Part shown: one piece after another, positions 1 through 9,222 of the stretch | How positions within the stretch are numbered: the stretch's first letter is position 1 | How the letters are laid out: every line of letters begins with the position of its first letter | Source of the DNA: Alphaproteobacteria bacterium | GTDB lineage: Bacteria > Pseudomonadota > Alphaproteobacteria > UBA828 | Length of the DNA stretch: 64,000 nucleotides | Assembly: GCA_965237415.1 (NCBI GenBank) | Contig: CBDEFM010000001.1 | Span: 192,001-256,000, forward strand | Reading direction: 5' to 3' | The notes under the pieces: model-generated | Told to the model about the DNA's origin: nothing | Seen by the model: the letters and a program-made list of their open reading frames with translations, nothing else | Databases searched by the model: none | Position numbers and translations under genes: made by a program

Positions 1-421
1 CCGTGCCGCTCTCCACCGGGTGGCCTTCCGCCCGCCAGCGCGGCAGACCGCCGGCGAGGATCGAAACGCGCTCGTGCCCGAATACGCGGAACATCCACCA
101 GACCCGTGCAGCGCTATAGAGGCCCACCGTGTCGTAGGCCACGACGTGCGAGTCGTTGCCGACGCCGAGCGCCGAGACGTCGCGTGCGAAGTGCTCGGGG
201 GACGGCAGCATGTGGGGCAGCGACGAGTGGGGATCGCAGATGCTGTCGATGTCGAAGAAGGCCGCGCCCGGGATGTGGGCCTCCAGGAACTCGGTGGCCG
301 GGTCGCGCGCCAACGTCGGAAGATGCCACGAGCCGTCCAGTACCCGCACCCCGCTGCCGGCGCCGACTTCTGCGGCGAGCCAGGCCAGGGTCACGACCAG
401 CGGTGTCTCGCCGTCGCTCAC
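1..421 (-). CDS. sseA: 3-mercaptopyruvate sulfurtransferase (rhodanese), N-terminal part; runs off the window edge
   Basis: Not in the ORF track. Manual translation from GTG at 421 gives MSDGETPLVVTLAWL...VLDGSWHLP...HIPGAAFFDIDSICDPHSSLPHMLPS...SAARVWWMFRVFGH, the typical SseA motifs. Start overlaps the alaX stop. Confidence 0.9.
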   Translation of the reverse strand, partial: MSDGETPLVVTLAWLAAEVGAGSGVRVLDGSWHLPTLARDPATEFLEAHIPGAAFFDIDSICDPHSSLPHMLPSPEHFARDVSALGVGNDSHVVAYDTVGLYSAARVWWMFRVFGHERVSILAGGLPRWRAEGHPVESGT

Positions 422-1137
422 GACGGGTCTCCGAAGGCGAGCGTGACGCGCCGGTTGTGCCTGCCCTTGTTCTCGATCTTGCGGACGATGATCGGCCCGA
501 TCTCGCCTGTCCGCGCCACATGGGTGCCGCCGCAGGGCTGCAGGTCGATCCCGTCCACATCGATCACCCTGACCCGGCCGTGGCCTGACGGCGGCTTGAC
601 CCGCATCGTCTTCACCAGCTCCGGCTGCGCCGCGAGCGCCTCGTCGCTGATCCAGCGCGCCGCGACCGGCAAATCTCGCGCGATGAGCGCATTGAGCTCT
701 TCCTGAACGGCCGCCTTCTCCAACTTGGTATCGACATCGAAGTCGAGGCGCCCCTTCTCTGCCGAGAGCTGCCCGCCCGTCACCGGCGCATCGACGACGG
801 CGCTCAGCAGATGGAGGCACGTGTGCATGCGCATGTGGCGATAACGGCGCTCCCAGTCGAGCTCGGCAACGACGCGGCTTCCGGGCGCCGGCGGCGCGGA
901 GCCGGGGTCGATCATATGGAGGATGTCGTCGGGGCCTTCGCCCTTGCGCGTGTCCTGCACTGCGAACACCGTGCCGTCGTCTGCTCGGAGGACCCCGGTA
1001 TCGCCGGGCTGGCCGCCGCCTTCGGGATAAAAGATCGTGCGGTCGAGCCGCACCGACCCGGGCTCTACCGCGCCGATGCGCGCCTCGCAGGTACGGGCGT
1101 AGGGCTCGGCGCGGAAGAGCAGCTCAGTCGGCGGCAT
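418..1137 (-). CDS. alaX: Alanyl-tRNA editing protein (AlaX family)
   Basis: FYPEGGGQPGD, HMRMHTCLHLL (HxxxH) and QPCGGTHV (CxxxH) motifs; ATG at 1137 chosen as start. Confidence 0.9.
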   Translation of the reverse strand: MPPTELLFRAEPYARTCEARIGAVEPGSVRLDRTIFYPEGGGQPGDTGVLRADDGTVFAVQDTRKGEGPDDILHMIDPGSAPPAPGSRVVAELDWERRYRHMRMHTCLHLLSAVVDAPVTGGQLSAEKGRLDFDVDTKLEKAAVQEELNALIARDLPVAARWISDEALAAQPELVKTMRVKPPSGHGRVRVIDVDGIDLQPCGGTHVARTGEIGPIIVRKIENKGRHNRRVTLAFGDPS

Positions 1138-2146
1138 CGGGTGCGTCGTCGAGCCAGGGCGGCACCGGCAGGTCGCGCTCGCGCAGGAACGCCGCGTTGA
1201 AGAGCTTGCTGAAGTAGCGGGTTCCGTAGTCGCAGAGCACCGTGACGATGGTATGTCCGGGACCCATTTCCCTGGCCAGCCTGATCGCGCCGGCCACATT
1301 GATCCCGGTCGAGCCGCCCATGACGTGGCCTTCGTTCTGCGCCAGATCGAAGATCACGGGCAGCGCCTCTGCGTCCGGGATCTGGAACGGCACATCGATC
1401 CGCGCGTCTTCGAGGTTGGCCGTGATTCTGCCCTGGCCGATCCCTTCCGTGATCGAGCTGCCCTCCGCCTTGAGCTCGCCATGGGCGTAGTGGTTGTAGA
1501 GCGCCGCGCCCATCGGGTCGGCGAGGCCGATCACCACCGAGGGCTTCCGCTCCTTGAGCGCCATGCCGACCCCGGCGAGCGTGCCGCCGGTGCCGACCGC
1601 GCAGATGAAGCCGTCGATCTTGCCCCCGGTCTGCTCCCAGATCTCGGGCCCCGTCGTCTCGACATGGGCCTGGCGGTTGGCCACGTTGTCGAACTGGTTG
1701 GCCCAGACCGCGCCGTTCGGCTCCTTCTCGGCGAGCTCGTCGGCGAGCCGTCCCGAATACTTCACGTAGTTGTTGGGATCGCGATAGGGGACCGCCGGCA
1801 CCTCGATCAGCTCAGCACCGCAGAGCCGCAGCATGTCCTTCTTTTCCTGGCTCTGGGTTTCGGGAATTACGATCACCGAGCGGTAACCGAGGGCGTTGCC
1901 GACCAGCGCCAGCCCGATGCCGGTGTTGCCGGCGGTGCCCTCGACGATGGTCCCGCCGGGTTTCAGCACGCCCCGCCGCTCGGCATCGCGCACGATGAAG
2001 AGCGCGGCGCGGTCCTTGACCGAGCCGCCGGGGTTCAGGAACTCGCACTTGCCGAGGATCTCGCACCCGGTCGCCTCGGACGGGCCGTGGAGACGGATCA
2101 GCGGCGTGTTTCCGATCAGTTCGACAAAACCCGGTACGGCTGCCAT
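1124..2146 (-). CDS. cysK: Cysteine synthase A
   Basis: IGNTPL, KCEFLNPGGSVKDR (PLP lysine), EGTAGNTG, VGTGGT. Confidence 0.92.
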   Translation of the reverse strand: MAAVPGFVELIGNTPLIRLHGPSEATGCEILGKCEFLNPGGSVKDRAALFIVRDAERRGVLKPGGTIVEGTAGNTGIGLALVGNALGYRSVIVIPETQSQEKKDMLRLCGAELIEVPAVPYRDPNNYVKYSGRLADELAEKEPNGAVWANQFDNVANRQAHVETTGPEIWEQTGGKIDGFICAVGTGGTLAGVGMALKERKPSVVIGLADPMGAALYNHYAHGELKAEGSSITEGIGQGRITANLEDARIDVPFQIPDAEALPVIFDLAQNEGHVMGGSTGINVAGAIRLAREMGPGHTIVTVLCDYGTRYFSKLFNAAFLRERDLPVPPWLDDAPDAAD

Positions 2147-2249
2147 GACGCCTCACGCCCCCGACGAAAGCGCCGCACCCTATCCCGGAATTCTCACCAA
2201 TGTCACGATCTCCATTGAGTGGGACGCAGGCATAACTTAATTTTGGTCC

Positions 2250-2313
2250 GGGATTCGCCGGGATTAAGTGGGATTAAGTGGGATAAGTGGGATTAAGTGG
2301 GATAAGTGGGATT
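2250..2313 (+). repeat. Tandem 9-10 bp repeat GGGAT(T)AAGT; seven GGG tracts at about 10-bp periodicity
   Basis: Read directly: GGG tracts start at 2250, 2260, 2270, 2280, 2289, 2299 and 2308. Confidence 0.9.
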
Positions 2314-2328
2314 CCTCGGGACAGGGTA

Positions 2329-2915
2329 GCGCACGCCCGGGTCGCGCGAGCCTGAAAGGTCTCGCGCGCGGAATACGGTCGTGCGCGCGGCACATAGAAT
2401 CTCGCGCGACTCGCATGACGCCGAGCGCGCGGGATGGGGTCGTGCACGCCCGAAGGCGCGCACGCTCTTGCGTTGCATCGCGCGTTTATGCGCGCGTCTC
2501 GGCGCGCCGTGCATCGCACCATGGTCCGGGGTCGCGCGGGCCTGAAAGGTCCCGCGCGCGGACGCCCGGGTCGCGCGGGCCTCCCCGCCAGCGATCCCGC
2601 GCGCGGAGCCCCTAGTCGTGTGCGTTGAGCGGGCGCGCTGTCGCTAGCAAGTGTATTTGTCCGGTTTTCGTAGCACATCATATGTCCGCTTCTGTTGTTG
2701 CGGTTTGCCCTGTGGACAAGTGGTCAGGCGCGGCGCGGCTGTCCACTTGTCCACAGGGCGCCGGCCGGTCGCGTCGAAGCGTCTCACGCGGCCTGCCGGG
2801 TTGGGGTTTCGATGGGCTCGCCGTTGGCGGTGTAGCGGGCGCACGCCCGGGTCGCGCGGGCCTGAAAGGTCCCGCGCGCACGCCCCTAGGGTCGTGTGCG
2901 TTGAGCGGGCGCGCT
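2329..2915. repeat. Cluster of REP-like GC-rich hairpin repeats (CGCGCGRG-CCTGAAAGGT-CYCGCGCG) plus a 25-bp direct repeat
   Basis: Copies at about 2329-2369, 2528-2560 and 2839-2880, plus a variant at 2562-2605; GTCGTGTGCGTTGAGCGGGCGCGCT at 2615-2639 and 2891-2915. Confidence 0.85.
2639..2840 (-). mobile_element. Right-end remnant of an IS1202/IS481-like (ISNCY) element
   Basis: Terminal TGT at 2639 with repeated subterminal TGTCCG boxes; 17-bp perfect IR at 2707-2723/2743-2759; minus-strand C-terminal peptide ARYTANGEPIETPTRQAA* (stop 2784-2786) resembling the end of such transposases. Family assigned by recognition only. Confidence 0.6.
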
Positions 2916-2987
2916 TGTCCGCTGTGGGGTGCCCGGCTAGAGTGACGGCGTTCGATCCGGCCCTTCAGACTGTCGAGGCAGCCCACC

Positions 2988-3227
2988 ATGAGCGAACCCG
3001 TCGTCGCCCAGGCGGAACCCTACGAAACCGAGCTCGTTGCCGGGAAGAAGTACTTCTGGTGCGCCTGCGGGCTCAGCGCCACCCAGCCCTTCTGCGACGG
3101 CTCGCACAAGGTCACCGACATCCGCCCCATCATCTTCACCGCTGAGGAGAGCGAGACCGCTTGGCTCTGCGGCTGCAAGCGGACCGGGAGCAAGCCGCAC
3201 TGCGACGGCACGCACAACACGCTTTGA
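2988..3227 (+). CDS. CDGSH iron-sulfur protein with two CDGSH domains (CISD3/MiNT-like)
   Basis: WCACGLSATQPFCDGSH and LCGCKRTGSKPHCDGTH. Confidence 0.93.
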   Translation: MSEPVVAQAEPYETELVAGKKYFWCACGLSATQPFCDGSHKVTDIRPIIFTAEESETAWLCGCKRTGSKPHCDGTHNTL

Positions 3228-3238
3228 GCGTGCGCGAT

Positions 3239-3817
3239 ATGCGGCCTGCCGGCACTGGGCCTGCGCTTCGGGGCCGCGGTCTGGTGCGCTCGGGCGGGGC
3301 GCTCATCGTCGCGGCCTTGCTGGTCTCGCTTGCCGGCTGCAACCCGTTCGACGATCCGCCGCCCTGCCCCAGGGTCAGCATCCTGAAACAGACCCGCTTC
3401 CTCACCCTCTACGGCGAAGGGCCGGGGCGCGATGACGTGGACGTGGCGTTCGAGCTCGAGCTTCGCGACGTGGCATCGGATTGCGACCTCGATATGGACG
3501 ATGAGGCAGGAGGCGGCGTCGAGGTGACGTTCGCCCTCCCCATCTACGCGACCCGCGGGCCGGCGGCCGAGACCGATCGGCTGAGCGTGCCGTTCTTCGT
3601 GGCCCTCGCCGACCCGGGCCGGCAAATCGTCGCCAAGGAAATCTTCACGGCGGAGATCGCCTTCGACGCTGACGGCGCGAGCGCGCGGACGGTGGAGGAG
3701 ATCGAGCAGTGGATCCCCCTCGGGCCGGGAGAGATCGGGGCGGGATACGAGGCTCTCGTCGGCTTTCAGCTCACCCCCACCCAGCTCGAGGACACCCAGC
3801 GCAGCGAGACGCAGTAA
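3239..3817 (+). CDS. Hypothetical lipoprotein
   Basis: Basic N-terminus, hydrophobic stretch and lipobox LAGC, then PPPCPRV; ATG at 3239 chosen. Confidence 0.75.
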   Translation: MRPAGTGPALRGRGLVRSGGALIVAALLVSLAGCNPFDDPPPCPRVSILKQTRFLTLYGEGPGRDDVDVAFELELRDVASDCDLDMDDEAGGGVEVTFALPIYATRGPAAETDRLSVPFFVALADPGRQIVAKEIFTAEIAFDADGASARTVEEIEQWIPLGPGEIGAGYEALVGFQLTPTQLEDTQRSETQ

Positions 3818-3877
3818 GCGCCCCGCCACGCAGTCGCCCTCCAGGGGCACGCAAATCGCCGAACAACGTGTTTGATC

Positions 3878-5329
3878 ATGACGGTACTCGTGGAAACCCG
3901 TGCCGATCTCACGCTCGAAGCCGCCCGGCGGGTGGCCTGGGAAGGCGAAGGGATCGAACTCGGCGCTCAGGCGCTCGCAGCTATGGCGCGGGGCCGGGAG
4001 CGCCTGGAGCGCATCCTCGAGCATGACCCCGAGGTCACGATCTATGGCGTGACGACGGGTCCGGGCCAGCTCGCGGGGAAGAAACTGACGCCCGAACAGC
4101 GCGAGCGCTGGGCCGGCATGTCACCGGCACGGATCGCGACATCGTGGGGCGATCCGCTGCCCGACCGGGTCGTCCGCGCCATCGTGCTGGCACGGCTCGC
4201 CAACTTCGTGGAAGGGCACGCCGCGGTATCGCCGGAGATCGCCCGGCGTGTCGCTGCCATGCTGGGCGAGGAAAAGATGCCCGTGGTCCCGACGAAGGGT
4301 CAGGGCGGCGCCGGCGAGATTCTGTCGTTGAGTCATTTGTTCACGGGCCTGGCGGAAGAGGCCAAGCCCGCGCTCAAGGACGTCATGTGCCTGGTCAACG
4401 GGTCGCCGTCGGCCACGGGCCTCGTCACCGATGCCGCGCTCGTCGCCGCCAATCGGCTCGACGTGGCGGCGCGGGTCTTCGCGCTCTCCTTCGAGGCCTT
4501 CAACGCGCCGCTTGACCACCTCGACCCAGCGCTTGGCGACTACTGGAACAACCCCCACGATCGTTGGGCGCTCGGGCGCCTTCGCGAACTGGTGGGAGAC
4601 GGCCACGGGGGCGAACGGCGCCCCTATCAGGCGCCCGTCAGCTATCGCATCCTTCCCCGGATGCTCGGCCAGGCCCGCCGCGCGGCGTCGCTCGCCGCCG
4701 AGGTCGCGGAGGAATCGCTCCAGGCCGTGACCGACAACCCGGTGTTGGTTGACGGCGTCGACGACGACCAACCCTTCGGCCGCTTCGTGACCAACGGCGG
4801 CTATCACAACCCTCACGCGGTGCTCGCCATGGACGCCGTGGCCGCCGCGTGGGCCAATCTCTGCGTCCTCGCCGAACGCCACGGTGCGAAGCTTCTGGAT
4901 GGCGCCGTCTCGTTGCTTCCCCATCAGCTGAACGCCCTGGACGCCGACGACGACGCCCCCCGCGCCTATCTGGGATGCTTGCCGATGGCCCAGACCGGCT
5001 ACGAGGAAGAAGCCCGCCTCTACGCCCAGACCACGGTCCTTCCCGGCAGCGAATCCGGCGGATTCGGCCAGAACGACGTGGCGAGCCCGGTCTTCCTGGC
5101 ATGGTCCAAGCAGGACCGCGCCGGCCGGTGCCTCGATATGGCGCTTGCCAGTCTCGTGCCGATTGCGCTGCGCGCCTTGGATGTGACTGACCGTCCCGTC
5201 CCGCCGGAATTGGCCGACCTCGAAGCCGTGGCCCAAGAATTTGTGCCCGATTCGGCGGAGGGCCGGGCTTTCGGCCCTCTGGTGGCCGCGATTGCGGGCG
5301 CCCTGCAGGGCGACATTTATCCATCCTGA
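3878..5329 (+). CDS. Aromatic amino acid lyase (HAL/PAL fold) homolog lacking the Ala-Ser-Gly MIO motif
   Basis: IYGVTTG, LVNGS, YQAPVSYR, TDNP, NGGYH and QNDVAS motifs; VPTKGQGGAGEILSLSH stands where HutH has GSVGASGDLAPLAH. Confidence 0.85.
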   Translation: MTVLVETRADLTLEAARRVAWEGEGIELGAQALAAMARGRERLERILEHDPEVTIYGVTTGPGQLAGKKLTPEQRERWAGMSPARIATSWGDPLPDRVVRAIVLARLANFVEGHAAVSPEIARRVAAMLGEEKMPVVPTKGQGGAGEILSLSHLFTGLAEEAKPALKDVMCLVNGSPSATGLVTDAALVAANRLDVAARVFALSFEAFNAPLDHLDPALGDYWNNPHDRWALGRLRELVGDGHGGERRPYQAPVSYRILPRMLGQARRAASLAAEVAEESLQAVTDNPVLVDGVDDDQPFGRFVTNGGYHNPHAVLAMDAVAAAWANLCVLAERHGAKLLDGAVSLLPHQLNALDADDDAPRAYLGCLPMAQTGYEEEARLYAQTTVLPGSESGGFGQNDVASPVFLAWSKQDRAGRCLDMALASLVPIALRALDVTDRPVPPELADLEAVAQEFVPDSAEGRAFGPLVAAIAGALQGDIYPS

Positions 5330-5419
5330 CGCGCTGCGATCGGTAGCGATCCGCTTGTCACGCTGGCCGGCGCTTCCTACCATGCGGGTGCAACCGCCCG
5401 GCGGAGAGGAGCGAGCGCT

Positions 5420-5860
5420 ATGACCAAGGCCCAATCGGCAGCTGCGGCGCGCCCGGACGAGCGGCAGCCGCCATTCACCCTTGTCAGGAAAGACGACCCG
5501 ACCTTCATGCCGGGGCGGCGCGACTTCCTGACCTACCGCGACCTCGGCATCACGGCGGCGAGCGGCGGGCGCATCCGCGCCCAGATCACCTCGGCCAAGG
5601 CCGGTCTCACGCAGCCGACGGGCTGGCACACGCACATTTGCGAGGGGCAGATCGTCTACATGCTGAGCGGCTGGATCGACCTCGTCTTCGAGGACCAGAC
5701 CATCCGCATCGAGGAAGGGGATTCGCTCTACATCCCTGGCGGGACGCCGCACAACGAGATCGCGACCTCGGACACGTTCGACCTGATCGAGATCTCCGTC
5801 CCCGCCGACATGGGCACGGAGCCCTGCGATCCGCCGCCAGGGCGGCGCGGCGAGGCTTAG
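5420..5860 (+). CDS. Cupin domain protein
   Basis: GWHTH...Q...G and GDSLYIPGGTPHNE cupin motifs. Confidence 0.85.
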   Translation: MTKAQSAAAARPDERQPPFTLVRKDDPTFMPGRRDFLTYRDLGITAASGGRIRAQITSAKAGLTQPTGWHTHICEGQIVYMLSGWIDLVFEDQTIRIEEGDSLYIPGGTPHNEIATSDTFDLIEISVPADMGTEPCDPPPGRRGEA

Positions 5861-5879
5861 CGCTCCGCACCAGCGCCGC

Positions 5880-7526
5880 TTAAGTGGCGGTCAGCGAGAA
5901 CCCCTCGTAGCCGTTGGCGACGACCGCGTCGCACTTCTCGATATAGGTAGGGAAGCCCCCGGTGTAGGGCGTCACCTTGCGCGGCTTGCCGGGAACGTTG
6001 GCGCCGACATACCACGAGTTGCAGGAGGGGAAGAGCGTCTCGGCCGCGACCTCCTCATGGTGGGCCATCCAGCCGTCCTCCGCCTCGCGCGTGGCTTCGA
6101 TGCGCGGGCGCCCGCAGGCGCGGGCGTTGGCGATGCAGTCGGCGATCCACTCGACGTGTTGCTCGATGGCGGGAACCATGTTGGTGAGCACCGAAGGGCT
6201 GGACGGCCCTGTAATGGTGAACAGGTTGGGGAAGCCCTCGACCAAGAGGCCGAGATAGGTGCGCGGGCCATCGGCCCACTTCGCCTTCAGCGTCCGCCCG
6301 CCGGCGCCACGAATGTCGACCCTGAGCAAGGGCCCGGTCATCGCGTCGTAGCCGATGGCGAAGACGATCGTATCCAGCTCGTATTCCCTGCCGTCGGTGC
6401 GAAGGCCCGCGCAAGTGATCTCCTCGACCGGCGCGTCGCTGATGTCGACCAATGTCACATTGGGCCGGTTGAAGGTCGCGAAGTAGTCGGTATCGAGGCA
6501 GATTCGCTTGCAGCCGACGAAGGAGTGAGGGGAGAGCAGCGCCGCCACCTGCGGGTCGTGCACCAGCCCGCGGATTTTTTCGCGGATGAAGGCCGCTGCG
6601 ATATCGTTGGCCTCGTCATTCATCAGTACGTCCTTGAAGACGCTGTACATGCAAAGCCCCCCCGTCTCCCACCGGGCTTCCAGCTCGCGCCGACGCGCCG
6701 ACGGGCTCATCTCGTCGGCGGTCGCCGGGTTCACATGCCACCAGCAGCCTGTCGGCGTCTGCTTGGCCTGCTGCCTGAGCTCCCCGTACTGCGCCCTGAT
6801 GTCGGCGTATATCGCCGCGTCCAGCGGGGCGTTGCGGGCGGGGACGGTGTAGTTCGCCTGGCGCTGGAAGACAGTGAGGTGACCCGCCTCTGCCGCAATC
6901 AGCGGGATCGACTGGATGGCGGACGATCCCGTGCCGACGATGCCGACCCGTTTGCCGGCGAAGGAGACCCCCTCATGGGGCCAGGCGCCGGTGTGGTACC
7001 ACTCGCCGGCGAAACGGTCCAAGCCGTCGAATTCCGGCCGGTTGACGGCAGAGAGGCACCCGGTGGCCATGATGCAATAGGTGGCGGAGAGCCTGGCGCC
7101 GTCATCGGTCGCGATCCGCCAGCATCCCGCCGCCTCGTCGAAGGCCGCTTCGGTGACGGTCGTCCCGAACCGGATATCGCGGCGGAGGTCGAAGCGGTCC
7201 GCCACATGCTCCAGGTAGCGCAGGATCTCCGGCTGCGTGGCGAAGCGCTCGGTCCAGCGCCACTCCTGCTGGAGCGCGTCGGAGAACTGATACGAGTACT
7301 CGACGCTGTCGGTATCGCAGCGGGCGCCGGGGTAGCGGTTCCAGTACCAGGTGCCGCCGACCCCGCTTCCCCTCTCGAAGACGCGGACGGAGAGGCCCAT
7401 ATCGCGCAGCCGATGGAGCATGTAGAGGCCGGCGAATCCCGAACCGACGACGACCGCGTCGACATCCGGCGCATCCCCGGAATGCCGACGGTGCTCGGCG
7501 TTCTCTCGTGTCGACGGTGTGGCCAT
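5880..7526 (-). CDS. Baeyer-Villiger monooxygenase (cyclohexanone monooxygenase family)
   Basis: GSGFAG, GGTWYWNRYPGARCD, BVMO fingerprint FAGEWYHTGAWP, GTGSS. Confidence 0.92.
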   Translation of the reverse strand: MATPSTRENAEHRRHSGDAPDVDAVVVGSGFAGLYMLHRLRDMGLSVRVFERGSGVGGTWYWNRYPGARCDTDSVEYSYQFSDALQQEWRWTERFATQPEILRYLEHVADRFDLRRDIRFGTTVTEAAFDEAAGCWRIATDDGARLSATYCIMATGCLSAVNRPEFDGLDRFAGEWYHTGAWPHEGVSFAGKRVGIVGTGSSAIQSIPLIAAEAGHLTVFQRQANYTVPARNAPLDAAIYADIRAQYGELRQQAKQTPTGCWWHVNPATADEMSPSARRRELEARWETGGLCMYSVFKDVLMNDEANDIAAAFIREKIRGLVHDPQVAALLSPHSFVGCKRICLDTDYFATFNRPNVTLVDISDAPVEEITCAGLRTDGREYELDTIVFAIGYDAMTGPLLRVDIRGAGGRTLKAKWADGPRTYLGLLVEGFPNLFTITGPSSPSVLTNMVPAIEQHVEWIADCIANARACGRPRIEATREAEDGWMAHHEEVAAETLFPSCNSWYVGANVPGKPRKVTPYTGGFPTYIEKCDAVVANGYEGFSLTAT

Positions 7527-7581
7527 GGTCGCTCGCGCGTTGCCTGCGGCGATGGAGTCTAGCCCGAACGTCTCACCGCGG

Positions 7582-8493
7582 TCACGCGGCGTCTAGCATG
7601 AGCGCCGCGGCGCCCACCACGCCCGCGTCGTTGCCGAGCGCCGCCTTGACCACGCGGATCGCGCCGGTCGGCGCGAGCACGGCACGCGCGATGGCGCGCT
7701 CGGCGGCCTCGCGATAGAGCGCGAAGTGCCGCTCGCCGATGCCGCCACCGATCAGGAGAACCTCGGGCAGGAACGTGTGGATGAGGCTCCAGACCGCCGT
7801 CTCCATCGCATCCGCGCTGCGGGCGACGATCGCCTGGGCCGGCTCCGCGCCGGCCTCGGCCGCGGCGAAGACGGCCTCGGCATCCGCATAGCCGAACTCT
7901 GCACCCGCCCGCGCGAGCGCCGGCCCTGCGGCGAACGCCTCGAGGCAGCCCCGGCTTCCGCAGTAACAGGCCGGGCCGGCCGGATCGACGATCAGATGGC
8001 CGATCTCGGGATGTTCGCCCGCGGCGCCCCGCAGGATCGCGCCATCGATCAGCGCCGCGCCGCCGATGCCGGTGCCGATGGTCAGCATGACGGCGATGCG
8101 CACGCCGCGGGCAGCGCCGGACAGCGCCTCGCCGAGGAGCGCCGCATCGGCGTCGTTGACGAGGCGCACCGGCGTGCCGAAGCGGGCAACGAGGGGACTC
8201 ACGATATCGTTCCCCTCCCAACCGGGGAGCGTGTAGAAGTTCTCGATGCGCCCGCTCGCTTCGTCGAAGGGGCCGGGGCAGCCGAGCCCGATGCCCGCGA
8301 GCGCCGTTGGGTCTACGCCGGCCTCGGCCATCGTCTCGTCGATGGCGCGGGCCAGCCGCGTGAGCCCCGCATCGAAGCCCGCCTCGACGTCCGTTGCTAT
8401 GGTCCGCCGCGCCTGAACCGCGCCTGCCGCATCGATCGCGCCGACCGCGATCTTGGTGCCGCCGATATCGACTCCGAGAGCGAAGCGGCTCAT
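7582..8493 (-). CDS. ROK family sugar kinase
   Basis: GVDIGGTK, NDADAA, TIGTGIGG, EIGH, CYCGSRGCLE. Confidence 0.9.
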   Translation of the reverse strand: MSRFALGVDIGGTKIAVGAIDAAGAVQARRTIATDVEAGFDAGLTRLARAIDETMAEAGVDPTALAGIGLGCPGPFDEASGRIENFYTLPGWEGNDIVSPLVARFGTPVRLVNDADAALLGEALSGAARGVRIAVMLTIGTGIGGAALIDGAILRGAAGEHPEIGHLIVDPAGPACYCGSRGCLEAFAAGPALARAGAEFGYADAEAVFAAAEAGAEPAQAIVARSADAMETAVWSLIHTFLPEVLLIGGGIGERHFALYREAAERAIARAVLAPTGAIRVVKAALGNDAGVVGAAALMLDAA

Positions 8494-9218
8494 GGCTCGG
8501 CGTCACCGAGTCCGCTGCCCGCCGCCGCATCCTCATCGCAGAGGCAGACGGCGTCTCCGTACAACCATAGAAAGGACGCCGGCAGCACCGGCGTGACGCG
8601 CCGGTCCGCGAGCCGCGCCATCGGCTCCTGCTTGGCCGCGCCCGAGACCATGAGCAGGATCCGGCGCGAACGGAGAATATCGCCGAGGCCGAGCGTCAGC
8701 CCCTGGCGGACCGAGGCCGTCGTTTCCGCCAGCATGGGGTGGCCGCGCGATTGCTCGGCGAGTGTCGCGACATGACAGGAGGGTTCGAAGCTCTCGGCCG
8801 GCTCGTTGAGCCCGAGATGCCCGTTCCGTCCTAGTCCGAGGATGCAGAGGTCGATCGGCCCGGCCGCCGCCAGCGCCGTCTCCACCCGCCGGCACTCGGC
8901 GGCCGCATCCGGCGCATCGCCGCGAAAGCCGATCCAGCGCTCCGGCGGCACCGCGAGGGGGCTCCGCACCGTGCGCTCCAGGTAGGCGGCGCAGCTCGCG
9001 GGGGCGTCGGCGCCGAGGCCCGCCCACTCGTCGAGCTGAATGAAGCGCGCGCTCGCGAGCCGCTCCGGCGCCGCGGCAAGCAGCCCGTAGGTGCCGGTCG
9101 GCGTATCCCCGCTTGCGAGGCAGATCAGGAGATCGGGCTTCGCGCCAGCCGCCGCCCAGATAAGCGCTGCCGCCTCTCGATCCAGCGCCTCCCGATCGGG
9201 CAAAATCGCAAAGTGCAC
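8490..9218 (-). CDS. Glucosamine/galactosamine-6-phosphate deaminase/isomerase (NagB/AgaI family)
   Basis: LASGDTP, QLDEW, LGLGRNGHLGLNEP, PASFL; GTG at 9218 chosen because it follows the upstream stop. Confidence 0.85.
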   Translation of the reverse strand: MHFAILPDREALDREAAALIWAAAGAKPDLLICLASGDTPTGTYGLLAAAPERLASARFIQLDEWAGLGADAPASCAAYLERTVRSPLAVPPERWIGFRGDAPDAAAECRRVETALAAAGPIDLCILGLGRNGHLGLNEPAESFEPSCHVATLAEQSRGHPMLAETTASVRQGLTLGLGDILRSRRILLMVSGAAKQEPMARLADRRVTPVLPASFLWLYGDAVCLCDEDAAAGSGLGDAEP

Positions 9219-9222
9219 TTGC

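Noticed and set aside
2707-2759. DnaA boxes (TTGTCCACA) / replication origin
   Set aside because: Only two boxes, which form the arms of one hairpin within an apparent IS end; no AT-rich unwinding region or oriC-associated genes
2250-2915. CRISPR array
   Set aside because: Repeats vary in length and spacing, there are no regular unique spacers, and no cas genes are present
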